The notes under the pieces were generated by a model that made no database searches, had not been told where the DNA came from, and saw only the letters and a program-made list of their open reading frames with translations. A stretch of DNA of 64,000 nt from Spirochaetaceae bacterium (GTDB taxonomy: Bacteria > Spirochaetota > Spirochaetia > SZUA-6 > Bin103), in contig JAPPGB010000086.1 in assembly GCA_028821475.1 (NCBI GenBank), forward strand, positions 54,896 to 118,895. Direction: 5' to 3'. Shown one piece after another: positions 1 through 8,486 of the stretch; position 1 is the stretch's first letter, and every line of letters begins with the position of its first letter. The position numbers and the translations under genes are program-made.

Positions 1-551
1 TCCCGGTGGATCATCTGACCGCGGTCACCACCCTGTGCCGTTACCTGCGCGACAGCTTCGACCTCGGCAACGCCGTCGTGGTGGCCTCCGACGTGGGGCG
101 TGCCAAGATGGCCGACAAGTACGCGATGATCCTGGAGCTGCCGATCGTGGTGGTGCACAAGCGCCGCTCCGGGGTCGCCGGCCTGGAGGTGGAGGTGGTG
201 GACATCGTCGGCGACGTGCACGGCAAGACGCCGGTGCTGATCGACGACGTGGTCGCCAGCGGATCGATCTACCAGCAGGCAGACGCCCTGGTGGAGGCCG
301 GCGCCGACCCGGCGATCATCAGCGTCAGCCACGGGGTGCTGGTGGGGCCGGCGGTGGAGCGACTGGACCGCCCGTCGGTGCAGGCCGTGGTCACCACCAA
401 CACGGTGCCGGTACCGGAGGCGAAGCGCCTCGGCGGCAAGGTACGCGTGCTCACCATCGCCCCGCTGCTCGCCGACGCCATCGCCCGCATCCACAACCGC
501 CAGTCGGTCAGCGAGGTATTCCGCGCCGAACAGCTCGAGTTCCCCGTGTAA
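1..551 (+). CDS. prs: Ribose-phosphate pyrophosphokinase (PRPP synthetase), C-terminal part; 5' end lies outside the window
   Basis: The translation has the PRPP-binding region (VLIDDVVASGS) and the conserved C-terminus typical of Prs. The ORF runs to the window edge. Confidence 0.85.
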   Translation, partial: PVDHLTAVTTLCRYLRDSFDLGNAVVVASDVGRAKMADKYAMILELPIVVVHKRRSGVAGLEVEVVDIVGDVHGKTPVLIDDVVASGSIYQQADALVEAGADPAIISVSHGVLVGPAVERLDRPSVQAVVTTNTVPVPEAKRLGGKVRVLTIAPLLADAIARIHNRQSVSEVFRAEQLEFPV

Positions 552-635
552 GCGCACTGGGCGGTCCCGCTTCCCGTCGGCCCGCCAAATCCGCCAAATG
601 GCGGGCCGATGCGTTTTCGGCTAAGGTAGGGAGCC

Positions 636-1634
636 ATGACCTCGTACATCGGGAGGCGGCTACTGTACATGGTGTTCACCATGATGGCGGTGTCAGTGGT
701 CGGCTTCGCGATCATCAAGCTGCCGCCGGGCGACTACCTGACGTTCCACCTGCAGCAACTCCAGCTCTCGGGTACCACGATGAGCAAGGCACAGCTTGAG
801 GGGATGCGCAAGCTGTACGGTCTCGATCAGCCCGACTACATCCAGTACCTGAAGTGGGTTGCCAACTTCCTCCAGGGCAACCTGGGCCTGTCCCACCAGT
901 GGAACAAGCCGGTCACCGAGCTGATCGGGGAACGGATCGGCCTCACCGTGCTGCTAGCGGTGATCACGCTGGCAGCCACCTATGCGATGGCGATTCCGAT
1001 CGGCATCTACTCCGCCACCCACCAGTACTCGGTGGGCGACTACACCGCCACCGTGTTCGGCTTCATCGGGCTGGCCACCCCCAACTTCCTGCTCGCCCTG
1101 ATCCTGATGTGGTTCTCCTACAGCGTGCTCGACTTCAGCATCACCGGCCTGTTCTCCTCCGAGTACCTGGATGCGCCGTGGAGCTTCGCCAAGGTGATCG
1201 ACATGCTGGGGCACCTGCCGGTGGCGATCCTGGTGGTCGCGACGGCCGGCACCGCCGGCCTGATCCGGGTGATGCGCAGTTCGCTGCTCGACGAGCTGCA
1301 GAAGCAGTACGTGATCACCGCCCGTTCCAAGGGCGTGGAAGAGGGCCAGCTCCTGTTCAAGTACCCGGTGCGCATCGCCATCAACCCGATCGTGAGCACC
1401 GTCGGCGGCCTGCTGCCGGAGATCGTTTCCGGCACCATCATCACCGCCATCGTCCTCAACCTGCCCACCGTGGGGCCGCTGCTGTTCACCGCCCTCACCG
1501 CCGAGGACATGCAGCTCGCCTCCAGCATCGTGATGGTGCTCGCGATTCTGACCGTGATCGGCACCTTCATCTCCGACATGCTGCTGTTGTGGATCGACCC
1601 GCGCATACGCTTCGAGCAGGAGCAGACGGCGTGA
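636..1634 (+). CDS. ABC peptide/nickel transporter permease (DppB/OppB-like)
   Basis: The N-terminus matches the DppB/OppB family (MTSYIGRRLLYMVFTMMAVSVVGFAIIKLPPGDYL). It has multiple TM segments, a BPD_transp_1-like core, and a GTGA overlap with the next permease gene. Confidence 0.85.
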   Translation: MTSYIGRRLLYMVFTMMAVSVVGFAIIKLPPGDYLTFHLQQLQLSGTTMSKAQLEGMRKLYGLDQPDYIQYLKWVANFLQGNLGLSHQWNKPVTELIGERIGLTVLLAVITLAATYAMAIPIGIYSATHQYSVGDYTATVFGFIGLATPNFLLALILMWFSYSVLDFSITGLFSSEYLDAPWSFAKVIDMLGHLPVAILVVATAGTAGLIRVMRSSLLDELQKQYVITARSKGVEEGQLLFKYPVRIAINPIVSTVGGLLPEIVSGTIITAIVLNLPTVGPLLFTALTAEDMQLASSIVMVLAILTVIGTFISDMLLLWIDPRIRFEQEQTA

Positions 1635-2761
1635 GCGAAGTGCTGCCGGCGGGCTTGACCGCGCGCGACGAAGCCGCCAACGAGAGTTACTACCTCGCCT
1701 CGCAATGGCAGTTGATCCGGCGCAAGTTCGCGCGCCACAAGCTGGCCAAGGCCGGCCTGGTGGTACTCGCGGTGCTCTACTTCGTGTCGATCTTCGCCGA
1801 GTTCTTCGCCACTCAGGACATCGCCAAGCGCGACACCGACAACATCTACGCGCCGCCGCAGCGCATCCGTTTCGTCAGCGAACAGGGGTTCTCGCCGCGG
1901 CCGTTCGTCTACCCGCTGCGCCTGGAGATGGACCGGGAGAAGTTCCGCAAGGTGTATCACCTGGAGACCTCGCAGCCGAGCTACCTGCGCCTGTTCGTGC
2001 GCGGCGACGAGTACCGGCTGTGGAACCTGTTCCGCAGCGACCTGCACCTGTTCGGGGTGGAGCACGGCACGCTGTACCTGCTCGGCACCGACAAGTTCGG
2101 GCGCGACATGTTTTCGCGCGTCCTGTACGCGGCGCGCACGTCGCTTTCCATCGGCCTGATCGGGGTGGCGATGACGTTCGTTATCGGCTGTTCGCTCGGC
2201 GGCATCTCCGGGTTTTTCGGCGGGCGCTCCGACATGGCGGTGCAGCGGCTGATCGAGTTCATGCAGTCGATTCCCACCATCCCGTTGTGGATGGCGCTGT
2301 CGGCCGCCATGCCGCGCGACTGGAGCCCGCTGCAGATCTACTTCGCCATCACCATCATCCTGTCGATCGTGAGCTGGGGCGGCCTGGCGCGGGTGGTACG
2401 CGGCAAGCTGCTGCAGTTGCGCGCCGAGGACTTCGTGATGGCCGCCGCCATCGCCGGCACCGGACCGGGGGCGACCATCGCGCGCCACCTGCTGCCCTCG
2501 TTCATGAGCTACCTGATCGTCAACCTCACGCTGGCGGTGCCCAACATGATCCTGGGCGAGACGGCGCTGAGCTTCCTGGGGCTGGGGCTGCGCCCGCCGG
2601 TGGTGAGCTGGGGCGTGCTGCTGAAGGAGGCGCAGAACGTGCGCACGGTGGCGCTGCACCCGTGGCTGCTGGTGCCGGGACTGTGGGTGATCGTGACCGT
2701 ACTGGCGTTCAACTTCGTGGGCGACGGCCTGCGCGACGCCGCCGACCCGTACAAACAGTAG
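1631..2761 (+). CDS. ABC peptide transporter permease (DppC/OppC-like)
   Basis: A GTG start at 1631 overlaps the upstream stop codon. The product has OppC-like N-terminal and TM regions. The longer track ORF 854-2761 is the same frame read through the upstream gene. Confidence 0.8.
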   Translation: MSEVLPAGLTARDEAANESYYLASQWQLIRRKFARHKLAKAGLVVLAVLYFVSIFAEFFATQDIAKRDTDNIYAPPQRIRFVSEQGFSPRPFVYPLRLEMDREKFRKVYHLETSQPSYLRLFVRGDEYRLWNLFRSDLHLFGVEHGTLYLLGTDKFGRDMFSRVLYAARTSLSIGLIGVAMTFVIGCSLGGISGFFGGRSDMAVQRLIEFMQSIPTIPLWMALSAAMPRDWSPLQIYFAITIILSIVSWGGLARVVRGKLLQLRAEDFVMAAAIAGTGPGATIARHLLPSFMSYLIVNLTLAVPNMILGETALSFLGLGLRPPVVSWGVLLKEAQNVRTVALHPWLLVPGLWVIVTVLAFNFVGDGLRDAADPYKQ

Positions 2762-2832
2762 TTTGTCCCGTACAAACAGTAGTTTGTCACGTACAGGCAG
2801 TAGCTTGTCGGCCTTCAAGCAGTAAGCTTGCC
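2747..2832. repeat. Array of four tandem ~21-bp units (consensus CCGTACAAACAGTAGTTTGTC), each a small hairpin; unit 1 overlaps the permease stop codon
   Basis: Units lie at 2747-2767, 2768-2788, 2789-2809 and 2810-2832. Units 1 and 2 form ACAAAC/GTTTGT stems. Unit 3 has a one-mismatch stem (ACAGGC/GCTTGT, one G-U wobble as RNA) and unit 4 a CAAGC/GCTTG stem, all around an AGTAG/AGTAA loop. The stem changes are compensatory. Confidence 0.6.
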
Positions 2833-4606
2833 GGAGAACCAGTTCACGGTGGCACCGACGGCGCTGGTGGCCGCGACGCTCCTGGCGACGGCACTGTTCG
2901 CGAGCGACGCCGCCGGTCAAAGTTCGCCGCCCGGCTACCGCGTCGCCGTCACCCGATTTGCCGAGCCGGTCTGCGACGGCACGGCGCGGTTCGTTCGCCA
3001 CGAGTTGCCGCACGCATCGTCCTTCGACGCCGAGTCCGGAAGCCCGTTCGCCGGCATCGGCTCCGGAGTGGCGGTGGGCGACGTCGACGCCGACGGCGAC
3101 CTGGACATCGCATTCGCCAACCTGGTGGGGCCCGGCACGGTACTGATCAACGCCGGCGAGCCGTGGGCCGGGGGCGGACCGGCGTTCGAGCCGGTCACCA
3201 TTGCCAACTCGCGCACCCGCGGGGTGTTCCTGGTGGACGAGAACGCCGACGGCGCGCTTGACCTGGTGTTCACGCGCCCGCACACGCCGCCGCAACTGTG
3301 GCTCGGCGACGGCGCCGGTGGCTTCGCTCCCGCGGACCGCTTCGGGGCATGGTATCCTGCCATGACCATGGCGTGGGCCGACGCCGACCGCGACGGCGAC
3401 CTGGACATCGCGTCGGCCACCTACGACGCGGAGATGGTGGAGGAGATGGGCAACGTGCTGTTCGGCAGCGGCGTGGTCTACTACGAGCGCCGCGCCGGGC
3501 GGCTGGAGCCGCGCTCGCTGGTCAACACCGCCGAGGCGCTGGCGCTGCTGTTCACCGACCTGGACGGCGACGGGCTGGCCGACATCCTGGTCGGCAACGA
3601 CTTCGACCGCGAGGACTACGTCTACCTGCGCCGCGGCGACGGCTGGCAACCGGCGGAGCCGTTCGCGGCCACGACGCGCAACACCATGAGCTTCGACCTC
3701 GCCGACCTGGACAACGACGGCAGCGAGGAGCTGTTCGCCGCCGACATGAAGCCGTTCCACCCGGATGCCGCTACCGAAGCGGCCTGGGAGCCGGTGTACC
3801 GCTACTACGAGAAGCCGGCGCGCGGTTCGCTGCAGATCAACGAGAACGTGCTGCTGCGCCGCATGGCGGCCGGCGAGCCGGGCGGCGGGCAACTCCGCTT
3901 CGCGAACGAGGCGGCGGCGCGCGGCGTCGACGCCACCGGCTGGAGCTGGTCGGCCAAGTTCGGCGACCTGGACAACGACGGCTTCGCCGACCTGTACGTG
4001 GTCAACGGCATGATCGCCGCCGACATGTTCGGCCACCTGCCGGGCAACGAGCTGGTGGAGGAAAACCTGGCGTTCCGCAACGACGGCAGCGGCCACTTCA
4101 CGCCGGCCCCGGAGTGGGGACTGGGCGACACCGCCGGCGGGCGCGGCATGAGCATGGCGGACTTCGACCGCGACGGCGACCTGGACATCGTGATCAACAA
4201 CATCGGCGCCCCGGCGGTGCTGTACGAGAACCGGCTGTGCGGCGGCCGCGCCGCGCAGGTGGCGCTGCGCTGGCCGGGGTCGGCCAACGCGTTCGCGGTG
4301 GGCGCGCGGCTGCGCCTGGAGAGCGCGCAGGGCGTGCAGACGCGCGAGTTGCGCAGCGGCAGCGGCTACCTGTCCGGCGACCCACCGGAGGCCCACTTCG
4401 GGCTGGGCGGCGGCCACCTGCCGGGCGGCACGCTTACCGTGCTGTGGCCCGACGGCGTGCAGGCGGCCTTTGCCGTGCCGGCCGCCGGCACCCGCATCGT
4501 GATTACCCGAGAACAGGAGGCACGGTCACTCCGGGATGGCGGCGGCCACCAGGACCGCGGCACAGGCATCGCACGCGCGTCCGCACTTTCCGGATCGGCG
4601 CAATGA
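2828..4606 (+). CDS. Secreted CRTAC1-family protein (FG-GAP/VCBS repeats plus C-terminal ASPIC/UnbV domain)
   Basis: It has a signal-peptide-like N-terminus, repeated DxDxDGxxD motifs (GDVDADGDLDIA, ADRDGDLDIA, TDLDGDGLADI, FDRDGDLDIV) and a C-terminal UnbV_ASPIC-like segment. The start is uncertain: TTG at 2828 lies inside the repeat array, and an in-frame GTG at 2849 is an alternative. Confidence 0.7.
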   Translation: MPENQFTVAPTALVAATLLATALFASDAAGQSSPPGYRVAVTRFAEPVCDGTARFVRHELPHASSFDAESGSPFAGIGSGVAVGDVDADGDLDIAFANLVGPGTVLINAGEPWAGGGPAFEPVTIANSRTRGVFLVDENADGALDLVFTRPHTPPQLWLGDGAGGFAPADRFGAWYPAMTMAWADADRDGDLDIASATYDAEMVEEMGNVLFGSGVVYYERRAGRLEPRSLVNTAEALALLFTDLDGDGLADILVGNDFDREDYVYLRRGDGWQPAEPFAATTRNTMSFDLADLDNDGSEELFAADMKPFHPDAATEAAWEPVYRYYEKPARGSLQINENVLLRRMAAGEPGGGQLRFANEAAARGVDATGWSWSAKFGDLDNDGFADLYVVNGMIAADMFGHLPGNELVEENLAFRNDGSGHFTPAPEWGLGDTAGGRGMSMADFDRDGDLDIVINNIGAPAVLYENRLCGGRAAQVALRWPGSANAFAVGARLRLESAQGVQTRELRSGSGYLSGDPPEAHFGLGGGHLPGGTLTVLWPDGVQAAFAVPAAGTRIVITREQEARSLRDGGGHQDRGTGIARASALSGSAQ

Positions 4607-5448
4607 ACCGCGCCGAACTGCAGCGCACGGCGCTGATCTACGACTTCGACGGCACCCTGGCCCCCGGCAACCTGCAGGAGCACGGCTTCATCTCCGCGCT
4701 CGGGATGTCCAACGAGGCGTTCTGGCGAGAGTCCAATACGCGCGCGCAGGTCGAGGACGCCGACCAGATCCTGGCTTACATGCGACTCATGCTGGAGAAG
4801 TCGACCGAACGGGGCATCCCGATCACCCGGCAAGCGCTGCGCGCGCACGGCGCCACGGTGGAGCTGTTTCCGGGCTTGGCCGACAGGTCATGGTTCCGGC
4901 GCATCAACGCGCACGCCGCCGACTGCGGCCTGGCGCTGGAGCACTACATACTGTCGTCCGGGGTGGAGGAGATGATCCGCGGCTGCGCAATCGTGGACCA
5001 ATTCCGCGACGTGTTCGCCTCCAAGTTCATCTACAACGAACACAACGAGGCGATCTGGCCCGGCGTGGCGATCAACTACACCACCAAGACGCAGTACCTG
5101 TTCCGAATCAACCGCGGCATCGACAATCACTGGGACAGCGCGGCGATGAACCGTTACATGGCCAAGGAGGCTCGCGCCGTTCCCTTCGGCCGCATCATCT
5201 TCATCGGTGACGGCGACACCGACGTGCCGGCAATGAAGATGGTCACCTACAAGGGCGGCTGCGCCATTGCCGTGTACGACCCGCGCACCAGCCTGGAGCA
5301 CCTGGACAAGATCCACCGCCTGATCGCCGACCGTCGCGTCGACTTCGTTGCGCCCGCCGACTACTCCCGGAACGGGCAACTCGACATCATCGTCAAGGGC
5401 ATCCTCAGCCGCATCGCCCGCGACGCCGAGTCCGCGGGCGGCGGGTAA
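4603..5448 (+). CDS. HAD-superfamily hydrolase
   Basis: It carries HAD motif I (DFDGTL) and motif IV (GDGDTD). An ATGA start/stop overlap with the upstream gene suggests co-transcription. Confidence 0.65.
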   Translation: MNRAELQRTALIYDFDGTLAPGNLQEHGFISALGMSNEAFWRESNTRAQVEDADQILAYMRLMLEKSTERGIPITRQALRAHGATVELFPGLADRSWFRRINAHAADCGLALEHYILSSGVEEMIRGCAIVDQFRDVFASKFIYNEHNEAIWPGVAINYTTKTQYLFRINRGIDNHWDSAAMNRYMAKEARAVPFGRIIFIGDGDTDVPAMKMVTYKGGCAIAVYDPRTSLEHLDKIHRLIADRRVDFVAPADYSRNGQLDIIVKGILSRIARDAESAGGG

Positions 5449-5465
5449 CCGAACGTGGAGCCCCG
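5414..5465. repeat. Left copy of a 52-bp direct repeat (51/52 identical to 6211-6262) flanking the vapBC cassette
   Basis: Sequence TCGCCCGCGACGCCGAGTCCGCGGGCGGCGGGTAACCGAACGTGGAGCCCCG. It covers the last 11 codons and the stop of the HAD gene. Confidence 0.8.
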
Positions 5466-5476
5466 AGGCCCGGGGC
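5460..5476. terminator. GC-rich hairpin (GCCCCG-AGGCC-CGGGGC) between the convergent HAD and vapC genes
   Basis: A 6-bp perfect stem sits immediately after the HAD stop codon. There is no U-tract, so this is a terminator candidate only. Confidence 0.3.
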
Positions 5477-5530
5477 ATCGTGCCGGCATGAAGCTGCACC
5501 CGGAACTCTGACCGGCTTCGCGTCTTCGCC

Positions 5531-5929
5531 TCATTCGTCGGGTGTGCGAAAGGCGCACAGGCAACCCGACGCGCGAGCCAAGCGCCGGTCCAGGGTGATC
5601 AGGTCGACGGCCAACGATTCCGCGAGTGCGACATACCAGCCATCGTATATGGTTACGTTCTCGTGGAGCTGCCACGCGCGCGCCGCGAGTGGCCGATAGT
5701 CAAACAATTCGACATCCAGATCCAACAGGTCGGCGTGTGCCAGCGACGCCGTGTCAACGGAGATCTCTCCGGAAAGGGTAGCGCGTCTCAGGATATTGGC
5801 GGCCTCGGCCAGCATCAGGTGCGGCGCCGCGGCCGATCCGGTGGCAAGCTGCCGCCGCGCCCATCGACCATCGGCTCCCCTGTCCACCAGCACGGCCACC
5901 GCGGCGCCGGCGTCGAGTACCAGCGTCAT
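5531..5929 (-). CDS. vapC: PIN-domain ribonuclease toxin VapC
   Basis: It has a PIN-like N-terminus (MTLVLDAGAAVAVLV) with acidic residues placed as in VapC. At 132 aa it is translationally coupled to the upstream small gene by a 4-bp overlap. Confidence 0.75.
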   Translation of the reverse strand: MTLVLDAGAAVAVLVDRGADGRWARRQLATGSAAAPHLMLAEAANILRRATLSGEISVDTASLAHADLLDLDVELFDYRPLAARAWQLHENVTIYDGWYVALAESLAVDLITLDRRLARASGCLCAFRTPDE

Positions 5930-6162
5930 CGTCGATCAGCATCTCGGTGCCGGAGGATGCTGGCGGCTGACAGCGTGCTGCCGGTGCGCTCGACGCGGTC
6001 GGCGATCCTGCGCAGCACCACCTCGGGGTCCGGGCGTCGCGCCAGCTCGATCAGTTGCAGACGCAGATACGCCTGCAAGGATCGCCCGCCCGCCGCGGCG
6101 CGGGCGCTGAGCTCATTACACGCCTCGACCGGAACATCACGAACGGTAATGGATCGTGTCAT
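5926..6162 (-). CDS. vapB: VapB-type antitoxin (RHH/FitA-like plasmid-stability protein fold)
   Basis: A 78-aa protein (MTRSITVRDVPVEACNELSARAAAGGRSLQAYLRL) typical of RHH antitoxins, located upstream of and overlapping vapC. Confidence 0.7.
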   Translation of the reverse strand: MTRSITVRDVPVEACNELSARAAAGGRSLQAYLRLQLIELARRPDPEVVLRRIADRVERTGSTLSAASILRHRDADRR

Positions 6163-6210
6163 CGCATCAATATTCTGCTTGTAGCAGCAAAATGCAAGCG
6201 GCTCCGGCGG

Positions 6211-6262
6211 TCGCCCGCGACACCGAGTCCGCGGGCGGCGGGTAACCGAACGTGGAGCCCCG
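6211..6262. repeat. Right copy of the 52-bp direct repeat flanking vapBC
   Basis: It matches 5414-5465 with one mismatch (G to A) and retains the duplicated ...SAGGG-stop coding tail. Confidence 0.8.
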
Positions 6263-6302
6263 GAGGCGGCTCAGGGCACCGCTCCGGGACTCGCCGATCC
6301 CG

Positions 6303-8327
6303 CTACTGGCGCAGGAACCAGGTGTCCGGCTTGACGTCGCGCAGGAACTGCGTGTCGTCGCCGATCCAGCGCACGTCGCGCGGGAAGTTGCCCACCTTGT
6401 TCTGCACGATCACCGGCAGCGGCACGAAGCCGACGGTGCCGATGATCAGCAGCTCCTCGCTGGCCAGGTCGAACAGTTCCTGGGCGTAGCGGTTGTAGTC
6501 CGCGTCGTTGGTGGACGCGAGCCACAGGTCGCCCAATTCGTACAGGCGCTTGATCTTTGCTGGCGGCTCCTCGCCCTGTTCGCCACCGGTCTGGTGCCAC
6601 TGCTCCCAAAGGCGCCCGAACTCCACGCCGTCGCCGGACAGAAACTTGTTGTGCGCCTGAAAGCCCTTGCTCTCATTGGTGCGGCGCAGGTGCCAGCTCT
6701 GCACGTCATGCTCGTTGGCCTGCACCATCTGGCCCACGAACGGGCCGTCGCGCCCCTGGAAGTCGACGTCCACGCCGACCGCCTCCCAGTGCGCCTCCAC
6801 CAGTTCGCCGGTGTTGATCAGCGTGGGCCGGCGCTGGTTGATCCAGAGGCGAATGCGCAGCGGCTCGCCGTCGGGGCGCAGCCGCACCGTGCCGTCGCCG
6901 TTCCAGGCCAGCCCCATCTCGTCGAGCAGCGCGTTGGCGCGGTCGGGGTCGTAGTCGACGAACCGTTCCGCCCACTCCTGCTTGTAGTAGCTGTTGTCGG
7001 GGTTCATCGCCGCCTGCCGCACGTCGCCGAGATCGAAGTACAGGAGCGTGTTGATCTCGTCGCGATTGATCGCCAGCGACATCGCCTGCCGGAAGCGGAT
7101 GTCCTGGAAGATCTCGCGCAGCACCGGATCGGTGTGGGTCATGTTGAAGCCGTACGCCGCCTCGGAGCCGTCCGGCGCCTTCCACATCAGGAGCTGGTAG
7201 TCGCCCTTTTCCTCGTTCTCCTTGTACAGGGACACGTTGGCGGCCTCCAGGCCGAACTGGGCGATGTCGATCTCGCCGGCGATCGCCTTCAGGTTGTAGC
7301 CCTCCTGGTCGTTGACCACCTCGACGCGCAGCCGGTCGATGTAGGGAAGCTGGTTGCCGGCAGGATCGATGGCCCAGAAGTAGGGGTTGCGCTCCATCAG
7401 CGAGTAGGTGGCGGTGATGTCGATCACGCCCCATGACCGCATGGTAGGCAGGTCGAAGTCCTTCTGGCCGAAGTCACCGCTGTCGGAATGGGCGCGAAAC
7501 GACTGCAGCCACGACTCGAAGCCCTCCTCCTTGGCCAGCGCTTCCGCGTCGTCGTTGTACTTGGGGTGGTACTGGGACAGGTAGTGCTTGGGATAGCGGA
7601 ACGGGTACCAGCCGCCCCAGAACTCGACCCAGCCCATGAACGTGGGGTTGGGGCGCGTGAACGTCATGCGGGCGGTGTAGTCATCCACCTTTTCCACCGA
7701 CGCAACCGGACCGAAGTTGCTCTGGTCCCAGCCCGCGTAGTCCGGATGCCAGAAGAACTCGCCCCAGAACTCCACGTCCTCGGCGGTATGCGGGTGCCCG
7801 TCCGACCACTTGGCGCCGCGGCGCAGGTACATGGTGAAGGTCAGGCCGTCGTCGGAGATCTCCCAGCCCTTGTAGCCGTAGGGGACGTTCTCGTGCGCCG
7901 AGCCGGGACCGCGGTTGGCGGTCTGGATCACCCCCGCCAGCCCCCGGATCGGCGTGAAGTCGTTGTAGCCGGGGCCGAGCGACGCGGTGCGCAGCGTGCC
8001 TCCGTAGGTGCCGATCTCGTCGAACGGGTTGATCACCAGCGGCTCCTCGGAGATGCGCTCCTCCACCGGCGGTAGCTCGCCCGCGGCAACCATCGCCGCC
8101 AGCATCGGCGCCTCGCCGAAACTGGTGAGGCGGTTGCCGGTGTCCCGCTCGTAGTCGGCCAGCGTCGCCCACACCCAGGTGCCGGAGTCGATGGCGGCCT
8201 GCACCTCGGGGGACGCGGCCATCGCTCCGCCGGCAGCCGCCGAACCCTCCTCCTCGCCGCCCGCCGCGGCCAGCGCCGCCGGCAGGCAGAGCGCCACGGT
8301 CAGCGCCAACCATTTCGCACTTGTCAT
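6303..8327 (-). CDS. ABC transporter substrate-binding protein, family 5 (DppA/OppA-like), secreted
   Basis: ATG at 8327 is preceded by GGGAGGA. The product has a signal peptide (MTSAKWLALTVALCLPAALAAAGG) and a long SBP_bac_5-like body. The upstream part of the track ORF, to 9422, is antisense to the PhyH gene and not coding. Confidence 0.85.
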   Translation of the reverse strand: MTSAKWLALTVALCLPAALAAAGGEEEGSAAAGGAMAASPEVQAAIDSGTWVWATLADYERDTGNRLTSFGEAPMLAAMVAAGELPPVEERISEEPLVINPFDEIGTYGGTLRTASLGPGYNDFTPIRGLAGVIQTANRGPGSAHENVPYGYKGWEISDDGLTFTMYLRRGAKWSDGHPHTAEDVEFWGEFFWHPDYAGWDQSNFGPVASVEKVDDYTARMTFTRPNPTFMGWVEFWGGWYPFRYPKHYLSQYHPKYNDDAEALAKEEGFESWLQSFRAHSDSGDFGQKDFDLPTMRSWGVIDITATYSLMERNPYFWAIDPAGNQLPYIDRLRVEVVNDQEGYNLKAIAGEIDIAQFGLEAANVSLYKENEEKGDYQLLMWKAPDGSEAAYGFNMTHTDPVLREIFQDIRFRQAMSLAINRDEINTLLYFDLGDVRQAAMNPDNSYYKQEWAERFVDYDPDRANALLDEMGLAWNGDGTVRLRPDGEPLRIRLWINQRRPTLINTGELVEAHWEAVGVDVDFQGRDGPFVGQMVQANEHDVQSWHLRRTNESKGFQAHNKFLSGDGVEFGRLWEQWHQTGGEQGEEPPAKIKRLYELGDLWLASTNDADYNRYAQELFDLASEELLIIGTVGFVPLPVIVQNKVGNFPRDVRWIGDDTQFLRDVKPDTWFLRQ

Positions 8328-8486
8328 GACAGAATCCTCCCTGAACTCTCCATATGGTATGTCCGTAACCTTAGCCCCCCTCATGGCACCCGTCAAACTC
8401 GCACACCAAGTTGCCGAGCCGCACCCCCTTGCAACCGTCCGCAACTCGTTGCACAACGCCCGGCGAGCCGCTATCGTGGCCGCGAT

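Noticed and set aside
35-799. 254-aa plus-strand ORF overlapping prs
   Set aside because: It lies in an alternative frame of the prs coding region and gives a Gly/Arg-rich nonsense translation.
1118-4417. 1099-aa minus-strand ORF spanning the permease and CRTAC1 genes
   Set aside because: It is antisense to two well-supported plus-strand genes. Its low-complexity Arg/Ala/Gly-rich translation is typical of spurious ORFs in 70% GC DNA.
3298-4602. Upstream 1.3 kb of the 716-aa ORF 3298-5448
   Set aside because: This stretch is an out-of-frame read-through of the CRTAC1-like gene. The real HAD hydrolase gene begins at the ATG at 4603 in this frame.
5663-6184. 173-aa plus-strand ORF over the vapBC region
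   Set aside because: It is antisense to the compact, translationally coupled vapC/vapB pair.
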